Positions 37,304-47,500 of a DNA stretch of 64,000 bases are shown one piece after another. The notes below the pieces were generated by a model. That model ran no database searches. It worked only from the letters and a program-made list of their open reading frames with translations, and was not told the DNA's origin. This stretch comes from a virus: IMG/VR virus record IMGVR_UViG_3300031857_022279; one strand, given 5' to 3'. The translations under genes and the position numbers were made by a program. How positions within the stretch are numbered: position 1 is the stretch's first letter; each line of letters starts with the position of its first letter.

Positions 37304-37918
37304 ATGGGTACTATGTCTAAATCAGAAAAAGAGCATAATCGTATTAACGATGAGTTTGATATGATACAAGAAGAGAATAGAGATTTTGATATTTCTAGTC
37401 ACTTGGCCAAAGTTGACGACTTACCAGATTTAGGTCAAATCGAATTATATGACTATGACTCAGATCTTACAGTCGTTGCTCAAAAAGGATTAGAAGTGAT
37501 TGAATCACTTGTAGATTTATACCTTAGTGAGTTTGGTGATTTAAAAAACCATCCATATATCAGAAATAAAGTAAAAGAAGATGCGATGGTTTACGCTGAG
37601 ACATTATTTTTATCTAAAATGACTAGAAAAAACTTTTTAACGCAGTTAAGACAGATTGATAATGGTGACAATTCTGCTAGAATGCATGAAGTAATAAACC
37701 AAACGATCAGAGAAGTTCGAGAGAATTCTAAATTTTCATCTTCTCAAAGGACCGAGTTAGAGCAATATTACAAGACATTTAGAGAGGATTTAAGTGAAGT
37801 CGCTTCTACTATGAAGAAAGATGGTGGTTCTAATTCTGGTGGAGACGATGGAACAATAGTTGATAGTAAGAAATTAAATGACTTAATTTCCGAGGCTATG
37901 AAGAAGAAAAAGAGTTAA
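37304..37918 (+). CDS. Probable terminase small subunit
   Basis: Divergent from terL; SARMHEVINQ resembles the T4 gp16 SPRHMEVF motif; helical. Confidence 0.5.
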   Translation: MGTMSKSEKEHNRINDEFDMIQEENRDFDISSHLAKVDDLPDLGQIELYDYDSDLTVVAQKGLEVIESLVDLYLSEFGDLKNHPYIRNKVKEDAMVYAETLFLSKMTRKNFLTQLRQIDNGDNSARMHEVINQTIREVRENSKFSSSQRTELEQYYKTFREDLSEVASTMKKDGGSNSGGDDGTIVDSKKLNDLISEAMKKKKS

Positions 37919-38760
37919 ATCCTATTAAAGTTTTCAAAGCTTCTAACTATGTTAGAGTACTCTAATTGAACTTGAAACTCATTGAATCTATTTGCATTGT
38001 TGTGTGTACATTCCTTAATGACTAAAAAGTTGTCATCATTTTTGAGTTTATCTTTAACAATTAGTTTTACATCATTTTGGGTTTTGATTAATAAACTTTC
38101 AAGTAGCTTATTAAGATCTTTAGTCATAGAAATGGATTTTGGATTATCATCGTAGAAAGTAATCTGATTATAATTATCAATTGTTTCAGAAGTTAGAATA
38201 TCTCCATCTGTTTTAAGACCAATCAAGTGTTGCAAAATTAATCTCGATTTTATATAAGCTAAATTGTCATCATTTTTATTAAAAAAAGTTTCTGATATAA
38301 AGTAATATTTTTTAACTAATAGTCCTTTTTCTTTTAATTTTTCTTCTAAGTTTTCTATTTGTTTTGTAAAGTATTCTTTTTTATTCTTTGAGCATATTAT
38401 ATAAATATCATCATTTGTATTAATGACATTATTAAAAAGTGAAAGTTCTAATTTGAATTCAAGATGTTCAGCCACTGATGGGTTAAGAAATTCTTGAAGA
38501 GATATTCCTAAATTTGAAATATCAACTTTGTGTTTCTTTGATTTCACTTTTAGTGTGTTCATGAATTCGTTAGATAACCAAAATGTTTTTCCATTAAAAT
38601 TTAGTTTATTACCTTGTGATTTATAAATCCCAGATTTAAATAAATTAAAATCAGAAGTTTCAAGTTTTAAGATAGGTATATTTGGATTGTTTTTATCAAC
38701 AATCCAGGGTTTTGAGTCTATTTTTAGAATTACATCTAAGTCAATAAAATGAGCATTCAT
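37915..38760 (-). CDS. HAD-fold-like hypothetical protein
   Basis: FIDLD near the N-terminus and TFYDD near the C-terminus. Confidence 0.5.
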   Translation of the reverse strand: MNAHFIDLDVILKIDSKPWIVDKNNPNIPILKLETSDFNLFKSGIYKSQGNKLNFNGKTFWLSNEFMNTLKVKSKKHKVDISNLGISLQEFLNPSVAEHLEFKLELSLFNNVINTNDDIYIICSKNKKEYFTKQIENLEEKLKEKGLLVKKYYFISETFFNKNDDNLAYIKSRLILQHLIGLKTDGDILTSETIDNYNQITFYDDNPKSISMTKDLNKLLESLLIKTQNDVKLIVKDKLKNDDNFLVIKECTHNNANRFNEFQVQLEYSNIVRSFENFNRI

Positions 38761-38774
38761 AACATCTTATATAT

Positions 38775-38802
38775 AAAAAACCCACTCTATAAAAGAGTGG
38801 GT
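38775..38802 (-). terminator. Intrinsic terminator
   Basis: AAAAAACCCACTCT-ATAAA-AGAGTGGGT; U-tract on the minus strand. Confidence 0.8.
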
Positions 38803-38828
38803 CTTAATTTTTAGTTAATTTTTATTTT

Positions 38829-39284
38829 TTAAATGAATCCCTTTTCTAATGAAAATTCAAACAAGGTTGGTAAGTTGAGATATTTTGAAAATAAGTCTCT
38901 AACCTGACCTGTTGTCTTTGATTTTTTCAATATTGCAATAATTTTTAAACCAAATTCTTCTTGAAAGTCTAAGCAGCAGTCAATCCAATTCACTTTATAG
39001 TTATTTGAGAATCTCCATTCTTTATCTCCGCCTGATAGCCAATAAAGACACTTTTCAGGTGATATATTATAGAGATTTACATCTTTTAATTCAATTTCCC
39101 AAAATTTGCTATTTTTATTCTTACTTTTCATTAAAATTGCGATTGCTTCTGCTATGTCGTTTGTAACTAGATTTCCTATTTCGAAATAGTAATTGTCTCC
39201 TTCTTTGTCGACTTTTACTTGATTATCTGACCAATAGTCAAAGCTTCTCATAGTATCTACTTTTTTAAACTTTCTCATAAACAT
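38829..39284 (-). CDS. Hypothetical protein
   Basis: ORF track. Confidence 0.65.
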   Translation of the reverse strand: MFMRKFKKVDTMRSFDYWSDNQVKVDKEGDNYYFEIGNLVTNDIAEAIAILMKSKNKNSKFWEIELKDVNLYNISPEKCLYWLSGGDKEWRFSNNYKVNWIDCCLDFQEEFGLKIIAILKKSKTTGQVRDLFSKYLNLPTLFEFSLEKGFI

Positions 39285-39298
39285 ACTTATTTTTTATA

Positions 39299-39586
39299 TC
39301 AACTTTGATTAATTCCCGAATTCCAATTTCCTTTAAAATTACCTCCTTCAAATATTCCGTTTTCCCAATTCCCGTAAAAATTACCATTTTTAAATACTCC
39401 GAATTTCCATTCTCCAGAATAAAAGTTCCCAGAATGCCAAATAATTGTGTTTTTCTTTATTTCGATTTTAGCGTCTTCAATTTCTGAGTCTACTAACCAG
39501 TAAAATTTTTGACTTATAAGTAAATCCTCTATTTTCGATTGACTTTTTATTGACTTGTTGTCAATCAACAATTCTGCGTATCTCAT
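39299..39586 (-). CDS. Hypothetical protein with 5-residue G-x-(W/F) repeats
   Basis: WHSGN FYSGE WKFGV FKNGN FYGN WENGI FEGGN FKGNW. Confidence 0.7.
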   Translation of the reverse strand: MRYAELLIDNKSIKSQSKIEDLLISQKFYWLVDSEIEDAKIEIKKNTIIWHSGNFYSGEWKFGVFKNGNFYGNWENGIFEGGNFKGNWNSGINQS

Positions 39587-39670
39587 AACTATGAGTTATA
39601 TATTCATGTAATTTTACCACTTAATATTCTAATCTTATTTTTTTCAAAATTTAGATTATTAAAAATTAAA

Positions 39671-39707
39671 AAAGTCCAAAATCTTTATCTGGTAAAGATT
39701 TTGGACT
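39671..39707 (-). terminator. Long-stem intrinsic terminator
   Basis: AGTCCAAAATCTTTA-TCTGG-TAAAGATTTTGGACT; U-rich tract on the minus strand. Confidence 0.75.
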
Positions 39708-39731
39708 GTTAAGGATTCTTTAATTAATATT

Positions 39732-40118
39732 TTATTTCAATCCATCAAGAAATTTACGTTCATTAGTGGATAGTGATTCCATTCCAGATTTAGAAATTTT
39801 ATCAAGAATTACATCAAGTCGGTCACGTTTTTGTTCACCATCCTGATAGTTAGTGTGTTTAGATTTGATCGTTAAGCTTGGTAGAGTTTTTAAGTTCGAT
39901 ATAAACTCATCATTGAAAATTATATCTTTTTTAACACTGTGGTGAACAAGACCAATGATCTTATGAGTTTCTGAATCTATAAATACTTTAGTATAACCAT
40001 CTTCTGAGAGTTTGAATAGATATTCTGCATCAATATTTATCAAATCATTATCGATACAGAGTTGATGATATTCTTCAAATTCTGAATATCGAGTAAGATG
40101 TATTGCTTGTACTTTCAT
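39732..40118 (-). CDS. Hypothetical protein with a C-terminal DUF6576-like module
   Basis: RLDVILDKISKSGMESLSTNERKFLD. Confidence 0.7.
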   Translation of the reverse strand: MKVQAIHLTRYSEFEEYHQLCIDNDLINIDAEYLFKLSEDGYTKVFIDSETHKIIGLVHHSVKKDIIFNDEFISNLKTLPSLTIKSKHTNYQDGEQKRDRLDVILDKISKSGMESLSTNERKFLDGLK

Positions 40119-40268
40119 ATTCTATTATTATTTAGTAAATATAAGATAAAATTAATGATTTACAAAATTTTATTTAGAATTTTTCTCCTTGTTTACTTTA
40201 AATATAATATAAAACTTAAATTATCAAATCTGATTTTTTATATATACGAAAAACCCAAAGTCATTTTT

Positions 40269-43200
40269 ATGAGAAAAATACTCACTCGTGAATCATATTT
40301 AAGAGAACTAAATACTAACTTATATTCAAAATATACTGGAATAGAACCTATTAATGAGGAAGCTCCTTTTGCGAGTGATATTCCTTGGGGAGATTCACTT
40401 ATCGGTAGATTGATAAATTCGATATCTCGTAAGTCAAGAATAGCTTTCAACAAAACAAGGATAAGTGGACTTGTAAGAGGGTTGAAATCCATTTTTGATG
40501 AAATCATGGAAATGGGTAAAATTGAAATTGTCGGTGACGCAACTGATTTAATTAATTTTATCCGAATCTCGGATTTATTGAAATTACTAAGTGAGCAAGT
40601 TCGAGACGAGGAAGATGTTTCGGTTTTAATCGATACAACTAATCAATTAATTGATACTGTTAAGCGATATGAGTCTGAAAATAAAGATAAAATGTTGAAT
40701 GCGTTAGAGGAGTTTTTAGAATATCTAAAGGGACTTAAATCCGGTAAAATTTCAGATGATTCAGATGATTCAGATGATTCAGAAAAGGATTCTATTGAGG
40801 ACCCAACTCAAATATTCTATAAAAATTCAAGAATTCTTCTACAGTCTATAGTGGATTTATCAAGACTTATAAAACAAAATGTTGTTAGAATAAGTGGCGG
40901 TAGTGAAGAATATGAAAATAAGATAATTTCAAAAAGATCTACTCTTAAAGTTGGTAGTGAATATCTTTATATCAATAGTAAGGGTGAGAAATTTAGATGT
41001 AAATTATTAAGCCTAGATAATAAGATAGAAAGAGCTGATGATAAGAAATGGCTCACAACGGATGATAAAAAAGGCACTAAACTCAATAAAGATCAGGCTT
41101 GTGTTGTATATAAGAAGAAACTAGATGATTATGGTGATAATTTCAAAAGCGAAGTTGTTGAAATCTTAAAACTTTACAGCTTAGATGGCAAAGAGCCACA
41201 AAAAGTTGAAAAACCTGGTACTGATGTTTCTACATTCTTTAACGTTGAAAAATTTAAAAATCTAGAAAAAACTTATCAAACTTCAAAGAATCCATCACAA
41301 CTTAAAGAACTCATTAAAATGTGTCAATCCGGTGTTAAGATTTTTACATCTAAAAAAGACGCGGTAAATATAAAATTCTATACAGATAAGTTGAATTCTT
41401 ACTCACTAATTTTAGCAAGACAACAGGCAAAAGGTCTTAATATTTCTACAACTGTGCAGAAAAAAATTACAAAACCAGGAGGTGGATTTACTTATAAAGA
41501 CACTGGAGTTCAAAAGACTCTTAAACAACTTCAAGATGATATTTCTTCATTTTCTAAGAAGACCTATTCCATAGAGATTCCTGTAAAGGTATATGCATCA
41601 TTTGAGTTTGAAACTATTGAACATGAGTTGATGAATGAGGCAGAGGCTAATCTTGGTAAACAAGAGGTGTTGGCTCAAAATGCTTGGAAAAAGGTTGTAA
41701 AGGCACATAATGATTCTAAAATAGAGACTTATGTGAAATCGATAGAAGATTTACTTGCAGTAACAGTTAAAGATGGTAAAGATACTTTAAAGTCAGCGAA
41801 GAAAGATATAAATTCGCTAGGCAAACAAGTAATTTTAAACAAATCAACAGTTGGTACACCAATCTCATTTGAGAGTCTTATAAAAGAGGGAGTAAATATA
41901 AATGACTTATCTAAGTCAATCTCACTTTTTGCCAGAGTAATACTTGCATTTAAAGAAGATATGTCACTTGTTGGTAGTTATGGTTCGGTAATAAAGCCGA
42001 TGAAGTCATTTATAAACTCTTTTGATGTTTTGACTAAGACATTACCAAAACTGACAAATGAGTCTGTTTTAGGATTTTCTAGATTTTCTAAACTAAATGA
42101 AAAAAATGAGTTTTCTCCACAAATTAAAGAGAAATTTGATGAGATATTCACAAATGATATTAAGGAGATGTTTACTGTTAAAGATAGAGCAGAGTTAGAA
42201 AATCGAGTAAAGGAAGTTCAAGAAGGTGAATTGGTAATATCAACATCTGATCCAATTATAGAAATTGTAAGATTGTTTAATAGAGCTTGGAGAATACATA
42301 CACCTGGTGTTATCCCATCTGGAAGAACAGGTGGAAAAGTTTCAAACTCGGTTTTTAGAGAGTATGAAAACTTAGGAGGAGGCGGTGGTACACCGGATTC
42401 ACCAGGTTCAGGTCCATATAGAAACATTGAATTATATGAACAATGGTTTGAAGCTGTTCAAGACATTTTAAGTGATACTAAGTATAGACCAGTTTTTAGT
42501 GAAAATACTACTTTTATATTTAGAAATGAAGAAACTGGTCAATCTGGTGATCCAGTAAGAAAGCCAGGTAAAATACTTCTCTCATTTATTAATAGACTTT
42601 TAAGTGATACAAAAATGTATACAGGTGGTTCAATGAATAAATTTATAGAAGAGTATTTTGATTTAAAGAGTGAGAACACACCTCCACTTACTGAACCAGG
42701 TTTTTCAAAAGATATAGAGTTGAATGCTAAAACTACAGAGGAAATTGTTGTAGACGATGTAAAGTTTGCAAAAATTGATTCTGTTACTGCTTTTAGTAAG
42801 TATGCGGGAGATTTGGCTAAATTATTTATCGATACAACAAAAGACTCTGAAACTGATGAACCAATGAATCAGAAATATAAAAACTTATGTTTCAAGGTAA
42901 AGGTTAAAATAGGAGATAAAGAAAAAACACTCTTTTGGAACTATAAAGGACTTGCTATGGGATATCCAATTTTCTTGTTTTCGAGTGGTAATCTACCATA
43001 TAATCTAACAAAGGTTGGTGGTGATATCAAAAAAACAGAACTACCAAAAGATGTTAAATTATCTAGTCTTTTAAAAACAGGAGCTACTTTAAAGGTAGGT
43101 AATACTACGAAAGTAAGATATGCAGATATAGATGAGCCCTCTAGAGCTTCATTAAATGATGGTATCAATGACAGTAGAGTTGATATGGTAATAAATTCTA

Positions 43201-43340
43201 TAGAAATTTTGGTTAATAAAAAGGATAATACTCCGTATTTGAAGTTCGAAGATAATTATACACCTGGTAAAATAGGTACAGAAATTAATAATAACTACAC
43301 AAAGTCTAGTGTTGCTAAAAACATGGTAATAGAAAAATGA
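40269..43340 (+). CDS. Large hypothetical protein, probably virion-associated (start ATG 40269, MRKILTRESY)
   Basis: ORF track 40098..43340; the first 57 codons look like AT-rich intergenic sequence containing the TATATA motif. Confidence 0.7.
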   Translation: MRKILTRESYLRELNTNLYSKYTGIEPINEEAPFASDIPWGDSLIGRLINSISRKSRIAFNKTRISGLVRGLKSIFDEIMEMGKIEIVGDATDLINFIRISDLLKLLSEQVRDEEDVSVLIDTTNQLIDTVKRYESENKDKMLNALEEFLEYLKGLKSGKISDDSDDSDDSEKDSIEDPTQIFYKNSRILLQSIVDLSRLIKQNVVRISGGSEEYENKIISKRSTLKVGSEYLYINSKGEKFRCKLLSLDNKIERADDKKWLTTDDKKGTKLNKDQACVVYKKKLDDYGDNFKSEVVEILKLYSLDGKEPQKVEKPGTDVSTFFNVEKFKNLEKTYQTSKNPSQLKELIKMCQSGVKIFTSKKDAVNIKFYTDKLNSYSLILARQQAKGLNISTTVQKKITKPGGGFTYKDTGVQKTLKQLQDDISSFSKKTYSIEIPVKVYASFEFETIEHELMNEAEANLGKQEVLAQNAWKKVVKAHNDSKIETYVKSIEDLLAVTVKDGKDTLKSAKKDINSLGKQVILNKSTVGTPISFESLIKEGVNINDLSKSISLFARVILAFKEDMSLVGSYGSVIKPMKSFINSFDVLTKTLPKLTNESVLGFSRFSKLNEKNEFSPQIKEKFDEIFTNDIKEMFTVKDRAELENRVKEVQEGELVISTSDPIIEIVRLFNRAWRIHTPGVIPSGRTGGKVSNSVFREYENLGGGGGTPDSPGSGPYRNIELYEQWFEAVQDILSDTKYRPVFSENTTFIFRNEETGQSGDPVRKPGKILLSFINRLLSDTKMYTGGSMNKFIEEYFDLKSENTPPLTEPGFSKDIELNAKTTEEIVVDDVKFAKIDSVTAFSKYAGDLAKLFIDTTKDSETDEPMNQKYKNLCFKVKVKIGDKEKTLFWNYKGLAMGYPIFLFSSGNLPYNLTKVGGDIKKTELPKDVKLSSLLKTGATLKVGNTTKVRYADIDEPSRASLNDGINDSRVDMVINSIEILVNKKDNTPYLKFEDNYTPGKIGTEINNNYTKSSVAKNMVIEK
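40752..40783 (+). repeat. In-frame 9-bp microsatellite (TCAGATGAT)x3.5 encoding SDDSDDSDDS
   Basis: Read directly from the sequence. Confidence 0.85.
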
Positions 43341-43807
43341 AGAATTTAATGACATTTGAGAGTTTTTTTGGTCTTTTCGGAAAAAAGGATAAAAAGTCAG
43401 AAGACAAAACAAAAGAAGTAAAAAAAAGACAACCATTTGTTATGCCATTTTTTTCAAAAGAAGATGATTTACTTGCCAAAAAAGTGTACAATTCACTCAA
43501 GTCCGCAATTGAAACAGGTGATAAAAAAGTCGGAGCTATTGGTAAATATGCCGACTATAAAAGAACTATTACCTTTGAATCAAATGGTAATAAATATAAT
43601 ATTGCTATTCAAAAATCTTCATCAAAAAGAAGAGATACCACAAAACTTTTCATAGGATTAACAAAACCGGAATATTATACTCTTGTTATAAATAACAGAC
43701 ATTATAATGTTTCTGAAGGTATTTGTAAGGATATCTGGAATTTATTAGATAAAGATTACTCAAAAAACTGGAAAAATAAGTCAGATATAGAGAAGGATTT
43801 TGAATAA
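43337..43807 (+). CDS. Hypothetical protein with CTS-like N-terminus
   Basis: MKNLMTFESF. Confidence 0.7.
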   Translation: MKNLMTFESFFGLFGKKDKKSEDKTKEVKKRQPFVMPFFSKEDDLLAKKVYNSLKSAIETGDKKVGAIGKYADYKRTITFESNGNKYNIAIQKSSSKRRDTTKLFIGLTKPEYYTLVINNRHYNVSEGICKDIWNLLDKDYSKNWKNKSDIEKDFE

Positions 43808-43836
43808 ATTTCAATTTTAGGTTAATATATAAGTGT

Positions 43837-44460
43837 ATGAAATACTTAAAACAGTTTAAACTTTTCTTAGAAGCTGATGAGTTAGTTGGAACAGATGATA
43901 TTAATTCTGTAGAAGATGACAAGTCATTAGATGTTAGTACAGAAAAGGCCCAAAAAGATTCATTAGCAGAGGTTCAAAGGAAATTAAAAGAGTTTCAAGC
44001 TAAGAAACAATCTATGGAGAATATTTTTAACGATCCTAAAATTGAAAAGGACGCTGACCTTGAAAAAGAATTACTTTCTTCAGTTTATAATAGTAAAAAA
44101 GAAACTAGACAAAGAAACAAATATCTTAGAGATTTTGAGTCGGTTTTAAGGCAGGAGCGTAGAAAAAAGAAACTACAGATGGCTATTTCTACTGATGAAG
44201 ATAGAATAAAAAAAACTAATGATGAGATTAATCGATTAAACGATGATATTAAGATGGATATAACACCAGACAGAGAGTCTCAGATAAAGAGTAGCTTGGA
44301 TAGAAATAGAAAGAAATTAGTAGAATTGAAAGATAATATTCAAAAAAATAAATCCATATTAAACCGAGATGTCCTTAATTGGCAAAAGAAGAGAGAGGAC
44401 TTTAAGAGAGATATGAAAGATGAGGAAGATAGAATAAAAAAACTTTCAAGTAAAATATAA
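43837..44460 (+). CDS. Coiled-coil protein with CTS-like N-terminus
   Basis: MKYLKQFKLFLEA; long heptad pattern. Confidence 0.7.
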   Translation: MKYLKQFKLFLEADELVGTDDINSVEDDKSLDVSTEKAQKDSLAEVQRKLKEFQAKKQSMENIFNDPKIEKDADLEKELLSSVYNSKKETRQRNKYLRDFESVLRQERRKKKLQMAISTDEDRIKKTNDEINRLNDDIKMDITPDRESQIKSSLDRNRKKLVELKDNIQKNKSILNRDVLNWQKKREDFKRDMKDEEDRIKKLSSKI

Positions 44461-44486
44461 AAATAGAAAAAAATTGGTTTTTTCTT

Positions 44487-44497
44487 TTAATATATAA
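44487..44497 (+). promoter_or_regulatory. Candidate late promoter TTAATATATAA upstream of the tail sheath gene
   Basis: Same 11-mer at 32310 (+), 43822 (+), 11370 (-), 18022 (-) and 55086 (-), each shortly upstream of a start codon. Confidence 0.55.
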
Positions 44498-44526
44498 AAC
44501 ATAAAATAAAAAATAATTAAAAAAAT

Positions 44527-47500
44527 ATGGCAATTCAAATCGGTAAATACAAAAGACCCGGTATCTTCATCGAAGAAATTGACAAGACCATTGTAACCAG
44601 TCCTCCAGTAGACACTGTGTTTTCAAATCTTGTTGTTGGTTTCTCTAGAAAAGGACCAGTTAACTCAGCTATTCTACTGAATAACTTGAGTGATCTCGAA
44701 AATACTTTCGGGTCTATTGACAGAGGATTAGAAAGAAGAGGTTCATTCTTTCATAGAACAATTACTAAAATGTTAGAAGCTGGACCAATTTATGGTATGA
44801 ATTTGTTGGTGACTGACGATACACTCGACACAGTTGAGTATCAGTCTTTATCTGCAACAACTTTTAAAAACAACGATATCGAAAGAATCGATTCTTACAG
44901 AAAGTTTTTCGATACTACTGGTTTCTGGAAAAGAGATCCAGAGGCTTTTGTTGACTTAACAAGATCAAATCCTGGTTATGCTGGAAGAGTACTTAACCTA
45001 ACAAACTTGGGTGATAAGTATATGACAGTATTTGTAATCAAGTCTAAAGTGAGTGGATTCGACAGATCTATGCTTGAGTGGTATGGTTCAAAAGAAAAAT
45101 TACCACCATACGTATATCCAACTGATTTGGCATCTGACTATTTAGTAGATGTTGTTGCAGTGGGTGGTGACTGGTCTAACTACTCAGAATTGTCTGTTGA
45201 TCCAAGATGGACTCTATACTTCGCTGAAGATGGATTGAAGAAAAATCAATTAAGTGCTTTTGCAAATGATAGAAACGTAACACTATTAGGTTACTACGAA
45301 GGTGTATCTTTGATTCCATATTTTAGAGATTTAAATGGTAGAAACATATTTATAGAATCTGTAATTAATAAAGATACTGACAAAACCGGCTTATTCTGTG
45401 CATTTAATAACGAAATTTTCGAAACCGACTACCCAACAGGTCTAGTTGACTTGATAGGTAATTCATTAGTTGGTGATAACTTACTCAGTAATCCACCAAG
45501 TTCAGAAGCAACTTACTATCAATCATTAGATGCTAATGATGGTCTTGCGGATGGAGAACTTTCTATTAAATTCTTGTCATATGAGGAACAAATTACAGAA
45601 ACAATCGCTATTACTAATAAAGTACTCGACAGACCTGGTAACGTATTTGGTCTTTTCGGAACTAACTCGACTTTGTTATCTAACGCTGGTGCTCGTTCGG
45701 CACAAGGCGGATTCACTCACTCGTTGAATGACTCTGGAGTTGTTAGAGGTGGTGTTGTTAGTGGTCCAAATGATGATACAAATTTAAATTACATTAAGTG
45801 GCCAAATAGAACTTACTGGTTCTCTGAGGGATATGTTAATGATTTATTTAGAAGTGGTGATCTTATCACAACATCTTCGAGTGTTACGGCTAACTATACA
45901 GTTGACTCTATATCAGATAATGGTTATGCTGTAATTGGTGGGTCATTGGTTTCAATACCTTCTGGTACACAATCTTTAGAGTTATTGTATACAGATTATC
46001 CACAATTACCAACAACTTCAGGTACACAATCTTACAATATTGCATATGTACTTGATACAAATGGTAATGTTCAAGTTAAGAAGTCTACAGTTCCAAATAC
46101 TAAGGTTACTGTATCAGCTAACGATGTAGTTCTTAGCTGGGGTACAGTTAGCTTATACGGAGGTAGATTCTCCGGAGGAGCGTCTGCGACTGCTAGTATC
46201 ACCGACGTTACAGTTGATGCTACAACTGGTGGTGGTGGTTTGGCATACATTCCACTTCAATTTGGAGTTGATTATACTCTCAGTACAACATCTACATTGA
46301 CTGAAGTTTTAGCAGAAGGTGATATTCTTATTACATTCTTGAATACTAATTCGACTCCAGATGTTAAAAACTATGAGCAATATAGAAAGTTCAAGATGTT
46401 TAATACACTCTTAACTTATATTAATACTTCTAATACGTTCAAAGGACTTGTTTTACTTGATCCAAGAACTACGACTACCAAAAAGCCTTTGAGTGAAGTT
46501 TCATTCAGAAGTTTCCAAACTGGAACAACTGTAAATAAATCTTTTGTTATGTCAACTGGTTTGACAAGTGCTGAGATTGCTGAATTAGTAACTTACGGCG
46601 AATTAGTATTCTACAAAATCGACGATGAATTCTTGATTGACTACATTGGTCTTGAGACTAAAAATACTATACCAGTGTTAGATGGTTCTACTGCTTCTAT
46701 TGGTGTTGTTGGTAAGTATTCATCTTACTATACTCAATATGATCAAGGAAATATCAGTACTGGTGATGTATTCTTCCAAAATGAACTTTGGGAAGGAGTA
46801 GAAGTTCAGTTCATCGAAGGAGCTGGAATAACAGCATCTTTAGATGGATATAACTACTTAATGTTCAAAGTTACAGAAGGTGGTACATACACTACACAAA
46901 ACAAATCTTATCTTGCTAACTTTGACACAGGATTAGCTGGCGATCAGTTCACTGATCCAGTTTATGGATATCAATTCCTTGTAGGTGGAACATTAAACAA
47001 AGGTGTGTTTACTGCGAAATGGGACGCTGGATTAGCAATCGAAAATGGACTTACATTACCTGCTGACGCAACTGGCGCACTTGGTGGTAGAGCTTACTTG
47101 ATTGGTTCTTACAGCAATGGATTACAAGAAGGTATCAACACCGCATCTTATAGCTACTTTGCATATGAAGTGAAAGAAGTTGTAACAGATGAGATGGTAA
47201 ATGTTGATAAAGTATATGGTTACAACACTGAGTTTAGCGGGTCACCTATTTACTTAGTAAATTCAACAGATGACAGTGGTAACTTGACAGTAGAATTTAA
47301 ACAATCCGATTTGTCAACTGATTCAATCTTGAGTTCAGAGAACGCTACAGTTGGAAGCGCTTTAGCAACAAACGGAACACTGTTTATCAAATCTGAGAAA
47401 GGTAATTATAAGCAAACTTTGGAACTTGAATATCCATCTGGTTGGACACCTATTCCAAACAAAGTTCTTGTTAAGAGAAGCAGATACGGCGAAGTTAAAG

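Noticed and set aside
40098-40268. N-terminal 57 codons of ORF 40098..43340 (similarly 14313-14266 and 50870-50823)
   Set aside because: These are AT-rich intergenic or overlapping stretches containing promoter or terminator motifs; downstream ATGs give better starts.
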